A program made the translations under genes and the position numbers. Positions 8,553-18,997 of a stretch of DNA of 64,000 nt are shown here, one piece after another. This stretch comes from Betaproteobacteria bacterium (lineage in GTDB: Bacteria; Pseudomonadota; Gammaproteobacteria; Burkholderiales; Thiobacillaceae), in assembly GCA_016219425.1 (NCBI GenBank), contig JACRNB010000008.1:39248-103247 (forward strand), read 5' to 3'. The notes under the pieces were generated by a model. The model was given only the letters and a program-made list of their open reading frames with translations. It was not told the origin of the DNA and made no database searches. Numbering within the stretch: position 1 is the stretch's first letter; each line of letters starts with the position of its first letter.

Positions 8553-8987
8553 ATGCTCTCGCGCCGCCATCCCAGCGATGAAGGGGGCTTCAGCCCCATG
8601 AGCGAGATCAACGTCACCCCCCTGGTGGACGTGATGCTGGTGCTGCTCACCATCTTCATGATCACCGCGCCCTTCCTGCTGCAATCGGTCAAGGTGAAGC
8701 TGCCCCAGACCGCGCCGGTGGCCACCCTGAAGAACGAACCGGCCCTGGTGGTGACGGTGCAACTGGACGGCAAGACCAGCCTGGGCAAGGAAGAGATCGA
8801 CCTCCTCACCCTTGAGGCGCGCCTCAAGGGCGTACTGGAGAAGAGCCCCGAGGTCGCCGTGCAACTGCGCGCCGACACCGGCGTGCCCTATGGGCGCATC
8901 ACCGAGGTGATGGCCGCGGTCAGCCGCGCCGGCATCGCCAAGCTCACCTTCATCACCGCCAGCGCCCCGGCGGCGAAGAAACCATGA
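8553..8987 (+). CDS. exbD: ExbD/TolR biopolymer transport protein
   Basis: SEINVTPLVDVMLVLLTIFMITAP signature. ATG lies 1 nt after the exbB stop. The upstream part of the track ORF (8505-8552) overlaps exbB and was dropped. Confidence 0.85.
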   Translation: MLSRRHPSDEGGFSPMSEINVTPLVDVMLVLLTIFMITAPFLLQSVKVKLPQTAPVATLKNEPALVVTVQLDGKTSLGKEEIDLLTLEARLKGVLEKSPEVAVQLRADTGVPYGRITEVMAAVSRAGIAKLTFITASAPAAKKP

Positions 8988-8995
8988 CGACTCGC

Positions 8996-9057
8996 GTAGC
9001 GCCGGCATCCCTGCCGGCTCTTTTGCGAGCACATGCCGGCAGGGATGCCGGCGCTAC
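8996..9057. repeat. REP-like inverted repeat, family C (GTAGCGCCGGCATCCnTGCCGGC)
   Basis: Near-perfect 23-bp arms. A second copy is at 17457-17521. Confidence 0.8.
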
Positions 9058-9072
9058 AGGCCGGGGCGCGCG

Positions 9073-10971
9073 GTGTCGTCCCTGATCCGCCTCCTCGCCC
9101 TGCTGGAACCCCGCCACTGGGTCGCCCTGAGCGCCAGCCTTGCGCTGCACTGGGCGGTCTGGTGGGGCTTCCCCGCCGGCGGCCCGCCCGCGCCCAAACC
9201 CATCACCTTCGAGGTCGCCCTGCAACCGCCCGAGGCGGAACCGCCGCCGCGCACACGCGTGAAATCCAGGCTGACCGACCGGAGCCGGGCCAAGCCCAAG
9301 CCGATCCAGCGCAAACCGCGTCAGGCCGAGACCCTCCAGGCGGAATGGAAGGCGGAGTCGATCCAGCCCAAGGCCGCGCCGGCGGTGGACCTGCCCAAGG
9401 CCGAAGCCGTCCTCAGCCCGCCCGACGCCCCGACCCACCCGGTTTCCGGGGTGCTCGCGGCCAACGCGCGCCAACCCGCCGCCGGCGCGAAAACCCCGGC
9501 CCCGAGCGGCGCTACGGGTGAGGGCGAGGCCGGTTTGTCGGAACCCGGCAGCGCCGGCCTCGCCGCAGGCGGCGCGCCCGGCAGCTTCGCCAGTCTGTCC
9601 AATGCCGGCGCTGCGCCCCAGGCGCAGAACACCGCACCCGGGGCGGGCGCGCAGGGGGCCGAAGCGCGCAGTGCGCTGGCTGCCGCAGCCTCTGCCTCCG
9701 CCCAGCCTGGCGCGGGCTCCTTCTCCGCCAGCGCCGGCGCCGGCGCAGGTCAGAACGTGGCTGCCGGGAACGGGGCGCAAAGCGTCAGCCGCAGCGACTC
9801 CCCGCCCCTGGCCGGGGGCGAACCGCAGGGCGCGCGCCTGAGCGTTGCCGGCGCGCTCGCCGCCCAGGCCGCCCTGCCGGCGGGCCGCGGCAGTCTTGCC
9901 GCCGCACCGCCCGCGGTCGAGGCCGGTCGCGCCCAGCCCGCCCCCGGCGCGGCCCAAGGCAACGCGCTGGCGAGTGCGCAGGCCGGCGGCGCTTCCGCCA
10001 GCCCGCTGAGTGCAGGCCCCCGGCGCGCCGGCAGCGGCGGGCGCGGCGCCAGCGCATCCGCCGCGCTCGCCGCCAAGGGCGGCGAGGCCGTGCCGCACCT
10101 GACCGGAACGGCCCCACGCAACCAATCCCTGGTCAGCGGAACCGGTCTGCCCGCCCTGCGCGCGGGGGTCATGGCGGCGCCGGTCGGGGTCGTGGCCCTG
10201 CGGCCTGGAGAGCCGGGCAGTTCGCCGCGCTTCGCCGTCGCCCTGCAACCCGTGCGCGCGGGGCTCGCGCCGGAAGGCGGCAAGGCCGGCGTGCGCGGAA
10301 CTCAGGCTGGCGAGGGGCAGGGCTTGCAGGCGAGGGCGCCTGCGCTACCCGGCGGGGCCGATGGCGACGGGGTTTCGCCCACGCACCTCGCCCGCGCGCC
10401 CGGCGGCGCAAGCGGTACGGGCGTCACCAACGCGGTCTCCAGCCTGCGCGCCGAGCGCGGCCAGCCCGGCCTTGCCGCCCCGTCCGGCCAGAGTCTGGCG
10501 AGCGGACGCGCGCACAGCCCCGGCGACGTCAACGGCACGCTGCAAGGCGTCAAGGTCGCCGCCGGCAAGGTCATGCGCCCGGACAGCCAGTTGCAGAAAC
10601 TGGATGTGCTCGCCCCGTCCAGCTTCTGCCCGCTGCCCATGCACCCGCAGCCGGACAACCGCGCGCCGAAATCCCTGCTGGAACAGTTCGAGAAGCCCGC
10701 TTACCGGGCCGAAAACCCCGGCTTCCAGTACCCGGTGCTGGCCAATATCCAGGGGATCTCGGGCAAACTCATCGTGCGCGTGCAGGTGATGGAAGATGGA
10801 ACGCCCGGCCAGATCCTGCTCAAACAGAGCAGCGGCAGCGGACTTCTGGACCGCGACGCACGCGAACAGATCGCACGCTGGCAGTTCACGCCGGCGCGCA
10901 AGAACGGCCAGGTGGTCCCCTCCTGGGTGGATATCCCGGTGGAATACCGCCTGCCCGAGGACCGAAAATGA
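9073..10971 (+). CDS. tonB: TonB-family energy transducer with very long Ala/Gly/Pro/Ser-rich linker (632 aa)
   Basis: N-terminal TM segment with an SxxxH motif (SLALH), a Pro/Lys-rich segment, and a C-terminal TonB_C-like domain (YPVLANIQGISGKLIVRVQV..ARWQFTPARKNG). GTG start. Confidence 0.75.
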   Translation: MSSLIRLLALLEPRHWVALSASLALHWAVWWGFPAGGPPAPKPITFEVALQPPEAEPPPRTRVKSRLTDRSRAKPKPIQRKPRQAETLQAEWKAESIQPKAAPAVDLPKAEAVLSPPDAPTHPVSGVLAANARQPAAGAKTPAPSGATGEGEAGLSEPGSAGLAAGGAPGSFASLSNAGAAPQAQNTAPGAGAQGAEARSALAAAASASAQPGAGSFSASAGAGAGQNVAAGNGAQSVSRSDSPPLAGGEPQGARLSVAGALAAQAALPAGRGSLAAAPPAVEAGRAQPAPGAAQGNALASAQAGGASASPLSAGPRRAGSGGRGASASAALAAKGGEAVPHLTGTAPRNQSLVSGTGLPALRAGVMAAPVGVVALRPGEPGSSPRFAVALQPVRAGLAPEGGKAGVRGTQAGEGQGLQARAPALPGGADGDGVSPTHLARAPGGASGTGVTNAVSSLRAERGQPGLAAPSGQSLASGRAHSPGDVNGTLQGVKVAAGKVMRPDSQLQKLDVLAPSSFCPLPMHPQPDNRAPKSLLEQFEKPAYRAENPGFQYPVLANIQGISGKLIVRVQVMEDGTPGQILLKQSSGSGLLDRDAREQIARWQFTPARKNGQVVPSWVDIPVEYRLPEDRK

Positions 10972-11000
10972 ATTTCAGACTACCCACGAAAGGAGCCGCC

Positions 11001-12476
11001 ATGAAACTGCGCGCCCTGTCTCTCGCCCTCGCCCTGCTCGCCCCCCTGCCGGCAGCCGCCCAGTTACCCATCCCCGACCCGACCCAGGCCATGCAACTGG
11101 CGCTGCGCTACTACCAGATGGCGGCCCAGGCCGGCGACCCGGAGGCGCAAGCCAAGATGGGCTGGCTGTTCGAAAACGGCATGGGGGTGGCGAAAGACCT
11201 CACCAAGGCGGTGGACTGGTACACCCGCGCCGCCATGCAGAAAGACCCCATCGGCCTCTACAACCTGGGCCTGATGTTCCTCAAGGGCCAGGGCGTGAAC
11301 CCGGACGTGAATCAGGCCGCGCAACTCTTCACCGGCGCCGCCGAACTCAACATGGCCGCCGCGCAGTCGCAGCTCGCCCTGCTGTACGAACAGGGCGTCG
11401 GCGTCCCCAAGAACCCGGCCCTCGCCGCCCAGTGGCTGCGCCGCGCCGCCGATCTGGGCGACATCCCGGCGCAGAACAACCTGGGCATCAAGTACGCCCA
11501 GGGCCTGGGCGTGGCGGTGGACTTCAAGGAGGCGGTGAAGTGGTTCACCCGCGCGGCGGAAGGCGGCAACGCCGAGGCGCAGGGCAACCTCGCACTGATC
11601 CTGAAGGAGGGCATGGGCGGCACGCCGAAAGACCTGGCCGCCGCCGCCAACTGGTTCGCCCTGGCCGGCAATCAGGGTCATGTGGCATCCATGAGCCGCC
11701 TGGGCTGGATGTTCGAGAAGGGGGAGGGCATCCCGAAGAACCTGAGCGAGGCGGTGCGCTGGTTCACCCTGGCCGCCAACGCGGGCGATGCGCCCACCGC
11801 CGCGCATCTGGGCTGGCTGCTGGAGACCGGCGCGGCAGGCCAGGCCGATGCCGCCGCCGCCCGCGCCTGGTATGAGAAGGCCGCCACGGCGGGCGACGCC
11901 GCCGCCCAGAACAACCTGGGGCGTCTGCTGCGCGAGGCGCAGGACTATGCCAAGGCGCGCGAGTGGTTCCACAAGGCCGCCGCGCAAAGCGAACCCCTGG
12001 CCTGGTACAACCTGGGCCTGATGGCCGAACAGGGCCAGGGCGTCGAAAAGAACGGGGCGGCGGCGCTGGACCTGTTCCGCAAGGCGGCGGACAAGGGCCT
12101 GCCCGCCGCGCAGAGCCGTCTGGGCTGGCTGCTGCACAAGGACGGCAAGGCGGAAGAGGCGGTGACCTGGCTCACCAAGGCCGCCGAGGCGGGCGACCTG
12201 CCGGCGCAGAACAACCTGGGCGTGATCTTCGAGCAGGGCCGGGGCGTGGCCAAAGACCTGGCCGCCGCCGCCAAGTGGTATCGCAAAGCCGCCGAAGCGG
12301 GCGACCGCGTGGCCCAGAACAACCTGGGCGTGATGCTGCGGGACGGCCTGGGACTGGCGAAGAACGAGGCCGAGGCCACCGCCTGGTTCCAGAAATCCGC
12401 CGACCAGGGCTACGCCAAGGCCCAGCTCAACCTGGGGCAGATGTTCGAACGGCAAGCGGGCGGCAAGAAACCCTGA
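11001..12476 (+). CDS. Sel1-repeat (SLR/TPR-like) secreted protein
   Basis: Signal peptide MKLRALSLALALLAPLPAAAQ, then more than 10 repeats of the A..WY.KAA.QG...AQ..LG..Y..G.GV..D type. RBS aaaggag precedes the ATG at 11001. An alternative ATG at 10968 overlaps the tonB stop (ATGA). Confidence 0.85.
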   Translation: MKLRALSLALALLAPLPAAAQLPIPDPTQAMQLALRYYQMAAQAGDPEAQAKMGWLFENGMGVAKDLTKAVDWYTRAAMQKDPIGLYNLGLMFLKGQGVNPDVNQAAQLFTGAAELNMAAAQSQLALLYEQGVGVPKNPALAAQWLRRAADLGDIPAQNNLGIKYAQGLGVAVDFKEAVKWFTRAAEGGNAEAQGNLALILKEGMGGTPKDLAAAANWFALAGNQGHVASMSRLGWMFEKGEGIPKNLSEAVRWFTLAANAGDAPTAAHLGWLLETGAAGQADAAAARAWYEKAATAGDAAAQNNLGRLLREAQDYAKAREWFHKAAAQSEPLAWYNLGLMAEQGQGVEKNGAAALDLFRKAADKGLPAAQSRLGWLLHKDGKAEEAVTWLTKAAEAGDLPAQNNLGVIFEQGRGVAKDLAAAAKWYRKAAEAGDRVAQNNLGVMLRDGLGLAKNEAEATAWFQKSADQGYAKAQLNLGQMFERQAGGKKP

Positions 12477-12492
12477 GACCGTAAACGCCGCC

Positions 12493-12713
12493 GCCTTCCC
12501 CTTTGGGAAAGGGAGGGGAAACCGTTGGGGCTGCGTAGACGCCTCCATGAGCGCCTTCCCCCTTTCCCAAAGGGGGAGTGAGGGGGATTTAGCGACGGTG
12601 GCTAAGCGACCCGGCTCAGAAATCCCCCCTACCCCCCTTTGGGAAAGGGGGGGAAACCGGTGGGTCCGCGCAGACGTCTCCACGCGCGCCTTCCCCCTTT
12701 CCCAAAGGGGGGA
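12493..12713. repeat. REP-like composite repeat, family A (~1.6 units), intergenic
   Basis: Same 135-bp unit as 28517-28950, in the same orientation. Confidence 0.8.
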
Positions 12714-12781
12714 CTGGATCAAGTCGGAGACCGCCCCTCCCGGTTTACAATGCGCGCCCAACGCATTGATTTCCCGGTTAC

Positions 12782-14047
12782 ATGCAGCTTTTCGCCTGTG
12801 GCGTAAACCATCACACCGCCCCCGTCTCCATCCGTGAGCGGGTCGCCTTTCCGCCCGACATCCTGATCAAGGCCCTGGCCGACATCACCGGCGGCGGGCA
12901 GGGCCAGGCGGGCCTCGCGCGCGAGGCGGCCATTCTCTCCACCTGCAACCGCACCGAGATCTACTGCAACACCCCGGCCCCGGAAGGCGTGTCGGAGTGG
13001 CTGGCCAGCTTCCACGGCCTCAATCCCAGGGAAGTCAAACCCTACCTCTACCACCTGCCCCAGGCCGACGCCGCCAAGCACGCCTTCCGCGTCGCCTCCG
13101 GGCTCGATTCGATGGTCCTGGGCGAGACCCAGATCCTGGGCCAGATGAAGCAGGCGGCGGAGAAGGCCCACGACGCCGGCACTCTGGGCCTGCTGCTGAA
13201 CAAACTGTTCCAGCGCACCTTTGCGGTGGCCAAGGAGGTGCGCACCAGCACCGAGATCGGCGCCAGCACGGTGTCCATGTCCGCCGCCGCCGTCACCCTG
13301 GCGGAGCGCATCTTCCCCAGCATTGCCGAGCAGGCGGTGCTGTTCATCGGCGCGGGCGAGATGATCGAACTGGTGGCCACCCACTTCGCCGCGCGCAACC
13401 CGCGCCGCCTCATGGTGGTGAACCGCACCATCGAACGCGCGCGCGACCTCGCCCACAAGTTCGGCGGCGAGGCGGCCCAGCTCACCAACCTGCCGGAACT
13501 GCTGCCCGAGTTCGACATCGTCGTCACCTCCACCGCCAGCCCGCTGCCCATCGTCGGCCTGGGGCTGGTGGAACGCGCCATCAAGCAGCGCCGCCACCGC
13601 CCCATGTTCATGGTGGACCTGGCCGTGCCGCGCGACATCGAGGCCGAGGTGCGGCAGTTGAACGATGTCTTCCTCTACACCGTGGACGACCTGGGCGAGG
13701 TGGTGAAGAGCGGCCAGGACAGCCGCCACGCCGCCGTGGATCAGGCCGAGGCCATCATCGCCTCGCGTGTGCACGAGTTCATGCACTGGATCGACACGCG
13801 CCAGGCGGTGCCGGTGATCCGCGGCCTGCGCGACCACGGCGAACGCCTGCGCCGGCACGAGCTGGAAAAGGCCCACAAGGCCCTGGCGCGCGGCGACGAC
13901 CCCCAGGCCGTGCTGGAGGCCTTGAGCAAGTGCCTCATGAACAAATTCCTGCACGACCCCAGCCACGCCCTCAATCAGGCCGGTGAACACGAGCGCGACA
14001 GCCTCGCGCGGGTGATTGCGCGGCTGTACAACCTGCATAACGAGTAG
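12782..14047 (+). CDS. hemA: Glutamyl-tRNA reductase
   Basis: [40 protein letters not shown] is a canonical HemA sequence. Confidence 0.95.
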   Translation: MQLFACGVNHHTAPVSIRERVAFPPDILIKALADITGGGQGQAGLAREAAILSTCNRTEIYCNTPAPEGVSEWLASFHGLNPREVKPYLYHLPQADAAKHAFRVASGLDSMVLGETQILGQMKQAAEKAHDAGTLGLLLNKLFQRTFAVAKEVRTSTEIGASTVSMSAAAVTLAERIFPSIAEQAVLFIGAGEMIELVATHFAARNPRRLMVVNRTIERARDLAHKFGGEAAQLTNLPELLPEFDIVVTSTASPLPIVGLGLVERAIKQRRHRPMFMVDLAVPRDIEAEVRQLNDVFLYTVDDLGEVVKSGQDSRHAAVDQAEAIIASRVHEFMHWIDTRQAVPVIRGLRDHGERLRRHELEKAHKALARGDDPQAVLEALSKCLMNKFLHDPSHALNQAGEHERDSLARVIARLYNLHNE

Positions 14048-14120
14048 GTCGGGTTAGGCGCGGTTTTGGCGCCGTAACCCGACGCGTTGGGTTACGGCCT
14101 ACGGCCTAACCCAACCTACC
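14046..14120. repeat. REP-like repeat, family E (GTCGGGTTAnG / CGTAACCCGAC)
   Basis: gtcgggttaggcgcggttttggcgccgtaacccgac plus gttgggttacggcc..ggcctaacccaac. Related copies are at 22628-22650 and 25845-25885. Confidence 0.7.
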
Positions 14121-14138
14121 CATCCACCTGTTCCACCC

Positions 14139-15221
14139 ATGAAACCCACCCTGCAAACCAAACTCGACCAGCTCTCGCAGCGCCTGGAAGAACTCGACCA
14201 CCTGTTGGCCGAGCCCCAGGCCACGGCGGACATGGAGCAGTACCGCCGCCTCAACCGCGAGCACGCCGAGATCACCCCCGTGGTGGCGCACTACCACGCC
14301 TGGCGGCAGGCCCAGGCCGACCTGGACACGGCGGAAGACCTGCTGGCGGACCCGGACATGAAGGCGTTCGCCCAGGAAGAGGTGGAGGCGGCGCAACAGC
14401 GCATCGCCGACCTCGACGCCCAATTGCAGGTGCTCCTGCTCCCGCGCGACCCCAATGACGAGCGCAACCTGTTCCTGGAGATTCGCGCCGGGGCCGGCGG
14501 CAACGAATCCGCCCTGTTCGCGGGCGAGGTGTTCCGCATGTACGCCCGCTACGCCGAACGCCAGCGCTGGCGGGTGGAGATCGTCTCGGAAAGCGCAGGC
14601 GAAGTCGGCGGTTACAAGGAAGTCATCGCCCGCATCGTCGGCGCCGGGGCCTATTCCAAACTCAAGTTCGAATCCGGCGGCCACCGGGTGCAGCGGGTGC
14701 CGGAGACCGAATCCCAGGGCCGCGTACACACCTCCGCCTGCACCGTGGCGGTGATGCCGGAGGCGGACGAACTGGGCGAGATCGACATCAACCCCGCCGA
14801 CCTGCGCATCGACACCTACCGCGCCAGCGGCGCGGGCGGCCAGCACATCAACAAGACCGACAGCGCCGTGCGCATCACCCACCTGCCCAGCGGCCTGGTG
14901 GTGGAATGCCAGGACGACCGCTCGCAACACCGCAACAAGGCGCAGGCCCTGGCGGTGCTGGCGGCGCGCCTGAAGGACAAGCAGACGCACGAGGCGCAGG
15001 CGAAAGAGGCGAGCACGCGCAAGAGCCTGATCGGCACCGGCGACCGCTCCGACCGCATCCGCACCTACAACTTCCCGCAGGGGCGCGTGACCGACCACCG
15101 CATCAACCTCACCCTGTACAAGATCGCCCAGATCATGGACGGCGACCTGGACGACCTGGTGGCCGCCCTCACGGCGGAACACCAGGCCGAACTGCTGGCC
15201 GCCCTCTCCGGCGATGAGTGA
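14139..15221 (+). CDS. prfA: Peptide chain release factor 1
   Basis: Contains PET (VPETESQGR; canonical RF1 tripeptide is PxT) and the GGQ motif ([19 protein letters not shown]). hemA-prfA-prmC synteny. Confidence 0.97.
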   Translation: MKPTLQTKLDQLSQRLEELDHLLAEPQATADMEQYRRLNREHAEITPVVAHYHAWRQAQADLDTAEDLLADPDMKAFAQEEVEAAQQRIADLDAQLQVLLLPRDPNDERNLFLEIRAGAGGNESALFAGEVFRMYARYAERQRWRVEIVSESAGEVGGYKEVIARIVGAGAYSKLKFESGGHRVQRVPETESQGRVHTSACTVAVMPEADELGEIDINPADLRIDTYRASGAGGQHINKTDSAVRITHLPSGLVVECQDDRSQHRNKAQALAVLAARLKDKQTHEAQAKEASTRKSLIGTGDRSDRIRTYNFPQGRVTDHRINLTLYKIAQIMDGDLDDLVAALTAEHQAELLAALSGDE

Positions 15222-16158
15222 CGTTTTTCCCCCTCCCCCCCCGGGGGAGGGCCAGGGTGAGGGAGCAACGGTGGCGGAACTGCAACGCTTGACCATCCGC
15301 CAGCTCGCCCAAACCCTCCCCCCCCGCGAAGCCCGCCTGGAGGCCCAACTCCTCCTCGCCCACGCCCTGAAGGTAGACCGCGTCTGGCTCATCGCCCACG
15401 ACACCGACCCCCTCACCCCCGCCCAGCTCGACGCCTGCAACGCCCTGATCGCCCGCCGCCTCGTGGGCGAACCCATCGCCTATCTTCTGGGCGAGCGCGA
15501 GTTCTACGGACGCCGGTTCCAGGTCACCCCCGCCGTGCTCATCCCCCGCCCCGAGACCGAACTGCTGGTTGACCTGGCCCTGGAGCGCCTGCCCGCCGAC
15601 GCCCCGGCGCGTGTGCTCGACCTGGGCACGGGCAGCGGCTGCCTCGCCCTCACCCTGGCCCTGGAGCGGCCCCTGGCTCAAGTGACGGCGGTGGACGCCA
15701 GCGCCGACGCCCTGGCCGTGGCGCGCGAGAACGCCCACCACCTGCAAGTCGCCAACGTCGCCTTGATCGAATCCGACTGGTTCGCCGTGCTGGAAGGTGG
15801 GGCGGGTTGCAACCCGCCAGGCCGGATGAATCCGGCCCCACAGAGGCGCGCCTTCGATCTCATCGTCGCCAACCCCCCCTACGTCGCCGCCGCCGACCCG
15901 CACCTTGCCCAGGGCGATGTGCGCTTCGAACCCCTGAGCGCCCTGGCCGCCGGCGCCGATGGCCTGGACGACCTGCGCCGCATCATCGCCGCCGCCCCCG
16001 CGCATCTGGCCCCCGGCGGCGGACTGCTGCTGGAGCACGGCTGGGACCAGGGCGAGGCCGTGCCCGCCCTGCTCTACGCCGCCGGCTTCATCGACGTGGA
16101 ATGCGTGCCAGACCTCGCCGGCCAGCCCCGCGTCAGCCTGGGGCGAATGCCCGAGTAG
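15214..16158 (+). CDS. prmC: Release factor glutamine N5-methyltransferase
   Basis: [12 protein letters not shown] motif and IVANPPY catalytic motif. ATG overlaps the prfA stop. Carries REP-derived sequence at codons ~6-20 and a ~16-aa insert before NPPY. Confidence 0.9.
   Translation: MSDVFPPPPPGEGQGEGATVAELQRLTIRQLAQTLPPREARLEAQLLLAHALKVDRVWLIAHDTDPLTPAQLDACNALIARRLVGEPIAYLLGEREFYGRRFQVTPAVLIPRPETELLVDLALERLPADAPARVLDLGTGSGCLALTLALERPLAQVTAVDASADALAVARENAHHLQVANVALIESDWFAVLEGGAGCNPPGRMNPAPQRRAFDLIVANPPYVAAADPHLAQGDVRFEPLSALAAGADGLDDLRRIIAAAPAHLAPGGGLLLEHGWDQGEAVPALLYAAGFIDVECVPDLAGQPRVSLGRMPE
15229..15274. repeat. REP-like repeat, family F half-site (CCCTCCCCC..GGGGGAGGG..CAGGGTGAGGGAGCAACGGTGG)
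   Basis: Matches the reverse complement of the right half of 30237-30346. Confidence 0.7.
15797..15842. repeat. Nested-hairpin element inside prmC (family H)
   Basis: gtggggc-[gcgggttgcaacccgc]-c-a-[ggccggatgaatccggcc]-cca: two internal hairpins (overlapping the outer stem) enclosed by the outer stem tggggc/gcccca. Encodes [16 protein letters not shown], which is absent from E. coli PrmC at this position. Confidence 0.6.
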
Positions 16159-16227
16159 GAGCCCGGCTGTGCCGGGCGATACGCCGCCTGGATACGTTGC
16201 AATCGCCCGGCACAGCCGGGCTCCTAC
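16155..16227. repeat. REP-like inverted repeat, family D (GTAGGAGCCCGGCTGTGCCGGGCGAT)
   Basis: ~26-bp arms. A second copy is at 31648-31724. Confidence 0.8.
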
Positions 16228-16273
16228 GGGCTCACGTTTACTATCCTCTCCTGCTTCATACGCTCGCCCTGCC

Positions 16274-17452
16274 ATGCACTTCTCCCTCGCCCGCCTTCCC
16301 CGCATCGAATTCGGCCCCGGCAGCCTCGCCCGCCTGCCGGACCTCATCGCCCCCTACGGCAAGCGCGTGCTGCTGGTCACCGGCGGCAGTTCCTTTATCG
16401 ACGGCCCGCACGGGGTGCGGCTCGCCGAGGCGCTGCGGCGCGACGGATTCACCTGGGAGACCGTGCGCGTGCCGGGCGAACCCTCCCCCGCCCTGGTGGA
16501 TGAGGCCGTCGCCACCCATCGGCACGGCAGTTTCGGCTGCGTGGTCGGCATCGGCGGCGGCAGCGCCCTGGACGCGGCCAAGGCCATCGCCGGGCTGCTG
16601 CGGCAGGGCAACTCGGTCATGGACCACCTGGAGGGCGTGGGGCCGGAGCTGCCCTATCACGGCCCCGCCACCCCCTTCATCGCCGTGCCCACCACCGCCG
16701 GCACCGGCTCCGAGGCCACCAAGAACGCGGTGCTCTCGGTGCAGGGCGCGAACGGCTTCAAGAAATCCTTCCGCGACGACCAGCTCATGGCCAGCGTGGC
16801 CCTGCTGGACCCGGACCTGCTCGCCACCTGCCCGCCCGCCGTGCTCGCCGCCAACGGCATGGACGCCTTCACGCAGTTGCTGGAGTCCTACGTCTCGCTC
16901 AAGGCCAACGCCTTCACCGACGCCCTGGCGCTGTCCGGCCTGCAACACGCGCGCGATGCGCTGCTGCCCTGGTACGAGGGCCGGGGGGATGCGGCGCAAC
17001 ACCGCGCCGACATGGCCTACGCCGCGCTGCTCTCCGGCATCACCCTGGCGCACGTCGGGCTGGGTTCGGTGCACGGTCTGGCCGCGCCGCTGGGGGCGTT
17101 CTTCCCCATCCCGCATGGCGTGGTGTGCGGCACGCTGGTGGCGGAGGCGACGCGGATGAACCTCGCCGCCATGCAGGCGCGCGAGCCGACCAATCCAGCC
17201 CTGGCGCGCTACGCCGCGACGGGGAGGCTGCTGGCGGGCGCTGAACGGGAAGGGGAAGCGGCGTGCGCCGCGCTGGTGGCGACGCTGGAAGACTGGACCC
17301 GGCGTCTGCAACTGCCGCGCCTGCGCGAGTACGGCGTGCGCGAGGCGGACATCCCGCGCATCGTCGCAAACAGCCGGGGTTCGAGCATGAAGACCAACCC
17401 CATCGTGTTGACGGATGCGGAGGTCGCGGCGGTGGTGCGGGGGCGGTTGTAA
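16274..17452 (+). CDS. Iron-containing (group III) alcohol dehydrogenase family protein
   Basis: GIGGGSALDAAKAIA and AVPTTAGTGSE motifs. Start was trimmed to the ATG at 16274, because the longer track ORF runs through prmC and a REP. Confidence 0.85.
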   Translation: MHFSLARLPRIEFGPGSLARLPDLIAPYGKRVLLVTGGSSFIDGPHGVRLAEALRRDGFTWETVRVPGEPSPALVDEAVATHRHGSFGCVVGIGGGSALDAAKAIAGLLRQGNSVMDHLEGVGPELPYHGPATPFIAVPTTAGTGSEATKNAVLSVQGANGFKKSFRDDQLMASVALLDPDLLATCPPAVLAANGMDAFTQLLESYVSLKANAFTDALALSGLQHARDALLPWYEGRGDAAQHRADMAYAALLSGITLAHVGLGSVHGLAAPLGAFFPIPHGVVCGTLVAEATRMNLAAMQAREPTNPALARYAATGRLLAGAEREGEAACAALVATLEDWTRRLQLPRLREYGVREADIPRIVANSRGSSMKTNPIVLTDAEVAAVVRGRL

Positions 17453-17456
17453 CCCT

Positions 17457-17521
17457 GTAGCGCCGGCATCCTTGCCGGCTCTTTACGACACAGAACGAGC
17501 CGGCAAGGATGCCGGCGCTAC
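17457..17521. repeat. REP-like inverted repeat, family C
   Basis: gtagcgccggcatccttgccggc...gccggcaaggatgccggcgctac lies between convergent adh and recX. Confidence 0.8.
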
Positions 17522-17530
17522 CTTGACGCC

Positions 17531-17959
17531 TCAGTCTTCCTCCCCCACCACCCGCCGCACGATCTCCGCCGGAAACCCGCGGCTGGCTAGAAAACGCATC
17601 TGTCTCGCCCGTTCCGCTGCGTCTTTGGGCACCGCTCCGAACTTCTTCGCCCACACCGCCCGCGCCGCCTCCAGGTCTTGCCCGCGCGCCTGGGCCAGCA
17701 CCTCGGCGCTCACCGCCTCCGGCACGCCCTTGTCGCGCAGGTCCGCCTTGAGCCGCACGCTGCCGTGGCGTCCGGCGCGGGCATGGGCGAGGGCTTCGGC
17801 GTAACGGTTGTTGGAAAGCAGACCTTCGCGTTCCAGGTCGTCGAGCAGGGCGTCGAGGGCGTCGCCCTCTTCCGCGTGGCGCACCAGCTTGCGGCCCAAC
17901 TCCACCCGGCTGTGTTCGCGCCGGGCAAGCAGGTTGAGGGCGCGCTGGCGCAGGGTCAC
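17531..17959 (-). CDS. recX: RecA regulator RecX
   Basis: [25 protein letters not shown].. pattern. Lies directly downstream of recA. Confidence 0.9.
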   Translation of the reverse strand: MTLRQRALNLLARREHSRVELGRKLVRHAEEGDALDALLDDLEREGLLSNNRYAEALAHARAGRHGSVRLKADLRDKGVPEAVSAEVLAQARGQDLEAARAVWAKKFGAVPKDAAERARQMRFLASRGFPAEIVRRVVGEED

Positions 17960-17969
17960 GACCGAGGCA

Positions 17970-18983
17970 TCACTCCGCCGCCGCGCCCATCGGCTTCACG
18001 CCCAGCTTGGCGCGAATCTTCCCTTCGATCTCGGCGGCCATGTCCGGGTGCTCGCGCAGGAATTCACGCGCGTTGTCCTTGCCCTGGCCGATCTTCTCGC
18101 CCTCGTAGGCGTACCAGGCGCCGGATTTGTCGATGAACTTGTGGGTCACGCCCATCTCGATCACCTCGCCCTGACGCGAGATGCCCTCGCCGTAGAGGAT
18201 GTCGAACAGCGCCTCCTTGAAGGGGGGCGCCACCTTGTTCTTCACCACCTTGACGCGGGTCTCGGAGCCGATCACCTCGTCGTTCTTCTTGATCGCGCCG
18301 ATGCGGCGGATGTCCAGGCGCACCGAGGCGTAGAACTTGAGCGCATTGCCGCCGGTGGTGGTCTCCGGGCTGCCGAACATCACGCCGATCTTCATGCGGA
18401 TCTGGTTGATGAAGATGACCAGGGTGTTGGTGCGCTTGATGTTGGCGGTGAGCTTGCGCAGGGCCTGGCTCATCAGGCGCGCTTGCAGGCCGACGTGGGA
18501 GTCGCCCATCTCGCCCTCGATTTCCGCCTTGGGCGTGAGCGCCGCCACCGAGTCGATGACCACCACATCCACCGCGCTGGAGCGCACCAGCATGTCGGCG
18601 ATCTCCAGGGCCTGCTCGCCGGTGTCCGGCTGGGAGATGAGCAGGTCGGAAACATTCACGCCCAGCTTCTGCGCGTATTGCGGGTCGAGCGCGTGTTCCG
18701 CGTCGATGAAGGCCGCCTGGCCGCCCATCTTCTGCATCTCGGCGATGACTTGCAGCGTCAGCGTGGTCTTGCCGGACGACTCCGGGCCGTAGATCTCCAC
18801 CACCCGCCCGCGCGGCAGGCCGCCCACGCCCAGCGCCACATCCAACCCCAGAGAGCCGGTGGAAACCACCTGCAAATCCTCGATCACGCTGCCGTCGCCC
18901 ATCTTCATGATGGAGCCCTTGCCAAACTGCTTTTCGATCTGTGCCAGCGCGGCGGCCAGCGCTTTGGTCTTGTTGTCGTCCAT
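17970..18983 (-). CDS. recA: Recombinase RecA
   Basis: [12 protein letters not shown] Walker A. Full-length canonical RecA sequence. Confidence 0.98.
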   Translation of the reverse strand: MDDNKTKALAAALAQIEKQFGKGSIMKMGDGSVIEDLQVVSTGSLGLDVALGVGGLPRGRVVEIYGPESSGKTTLTLQVIAEMQKMGGQAAFIDAEHALDPQYAQKLGVNVSDLLISQPDTGEQALEIADMLVRSSAVDVVVIDSVAALTPKAEIEGEMGDSHVGLQARLMSQALRKLTANIKRTNTLVIFINQIRMKIGVMFGSPETTTGGNALKFYASVRLDIRRIGAIKKNDEVIGSETRVKVVKNKVAPPFKEALFDILYGEGISRQGEVIEMGVTHKFIDKSGAWYAYEGEKIGQGKDNAREFLREHPDMAAEIEGKIRAKLGVKPMGAAAE

Positions 18984-18997
18984 GGGGTGTCCCCTCG

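Noticed and set aside
6089-15476. Long antisense ORFs opposite soxA (6089-7456), tonB (8953-10248), the Sel1 gene (11064-12761), hemA (12719-14038) and prfA (14106-15476)
   Set aside because: Same reasoning. The opposite strand in each case encodes an unmistakable protein, and the antisense products are compositionally biased with no recognisable domains.
15959-16273. N-terminal extensions of track ORFs: ADH from 15959, rsuA to 43814, bioA to 54481, glmU to 58143, the pilin to 22528 and the DUF6998-like ORF from 33957
   Set aside because: The extensions overlap neighbouring well-supported genes or REP elements and lack homology-like sequence. Internal starts that match family N-termini (and, for the pilin, an RBS) were used instead.
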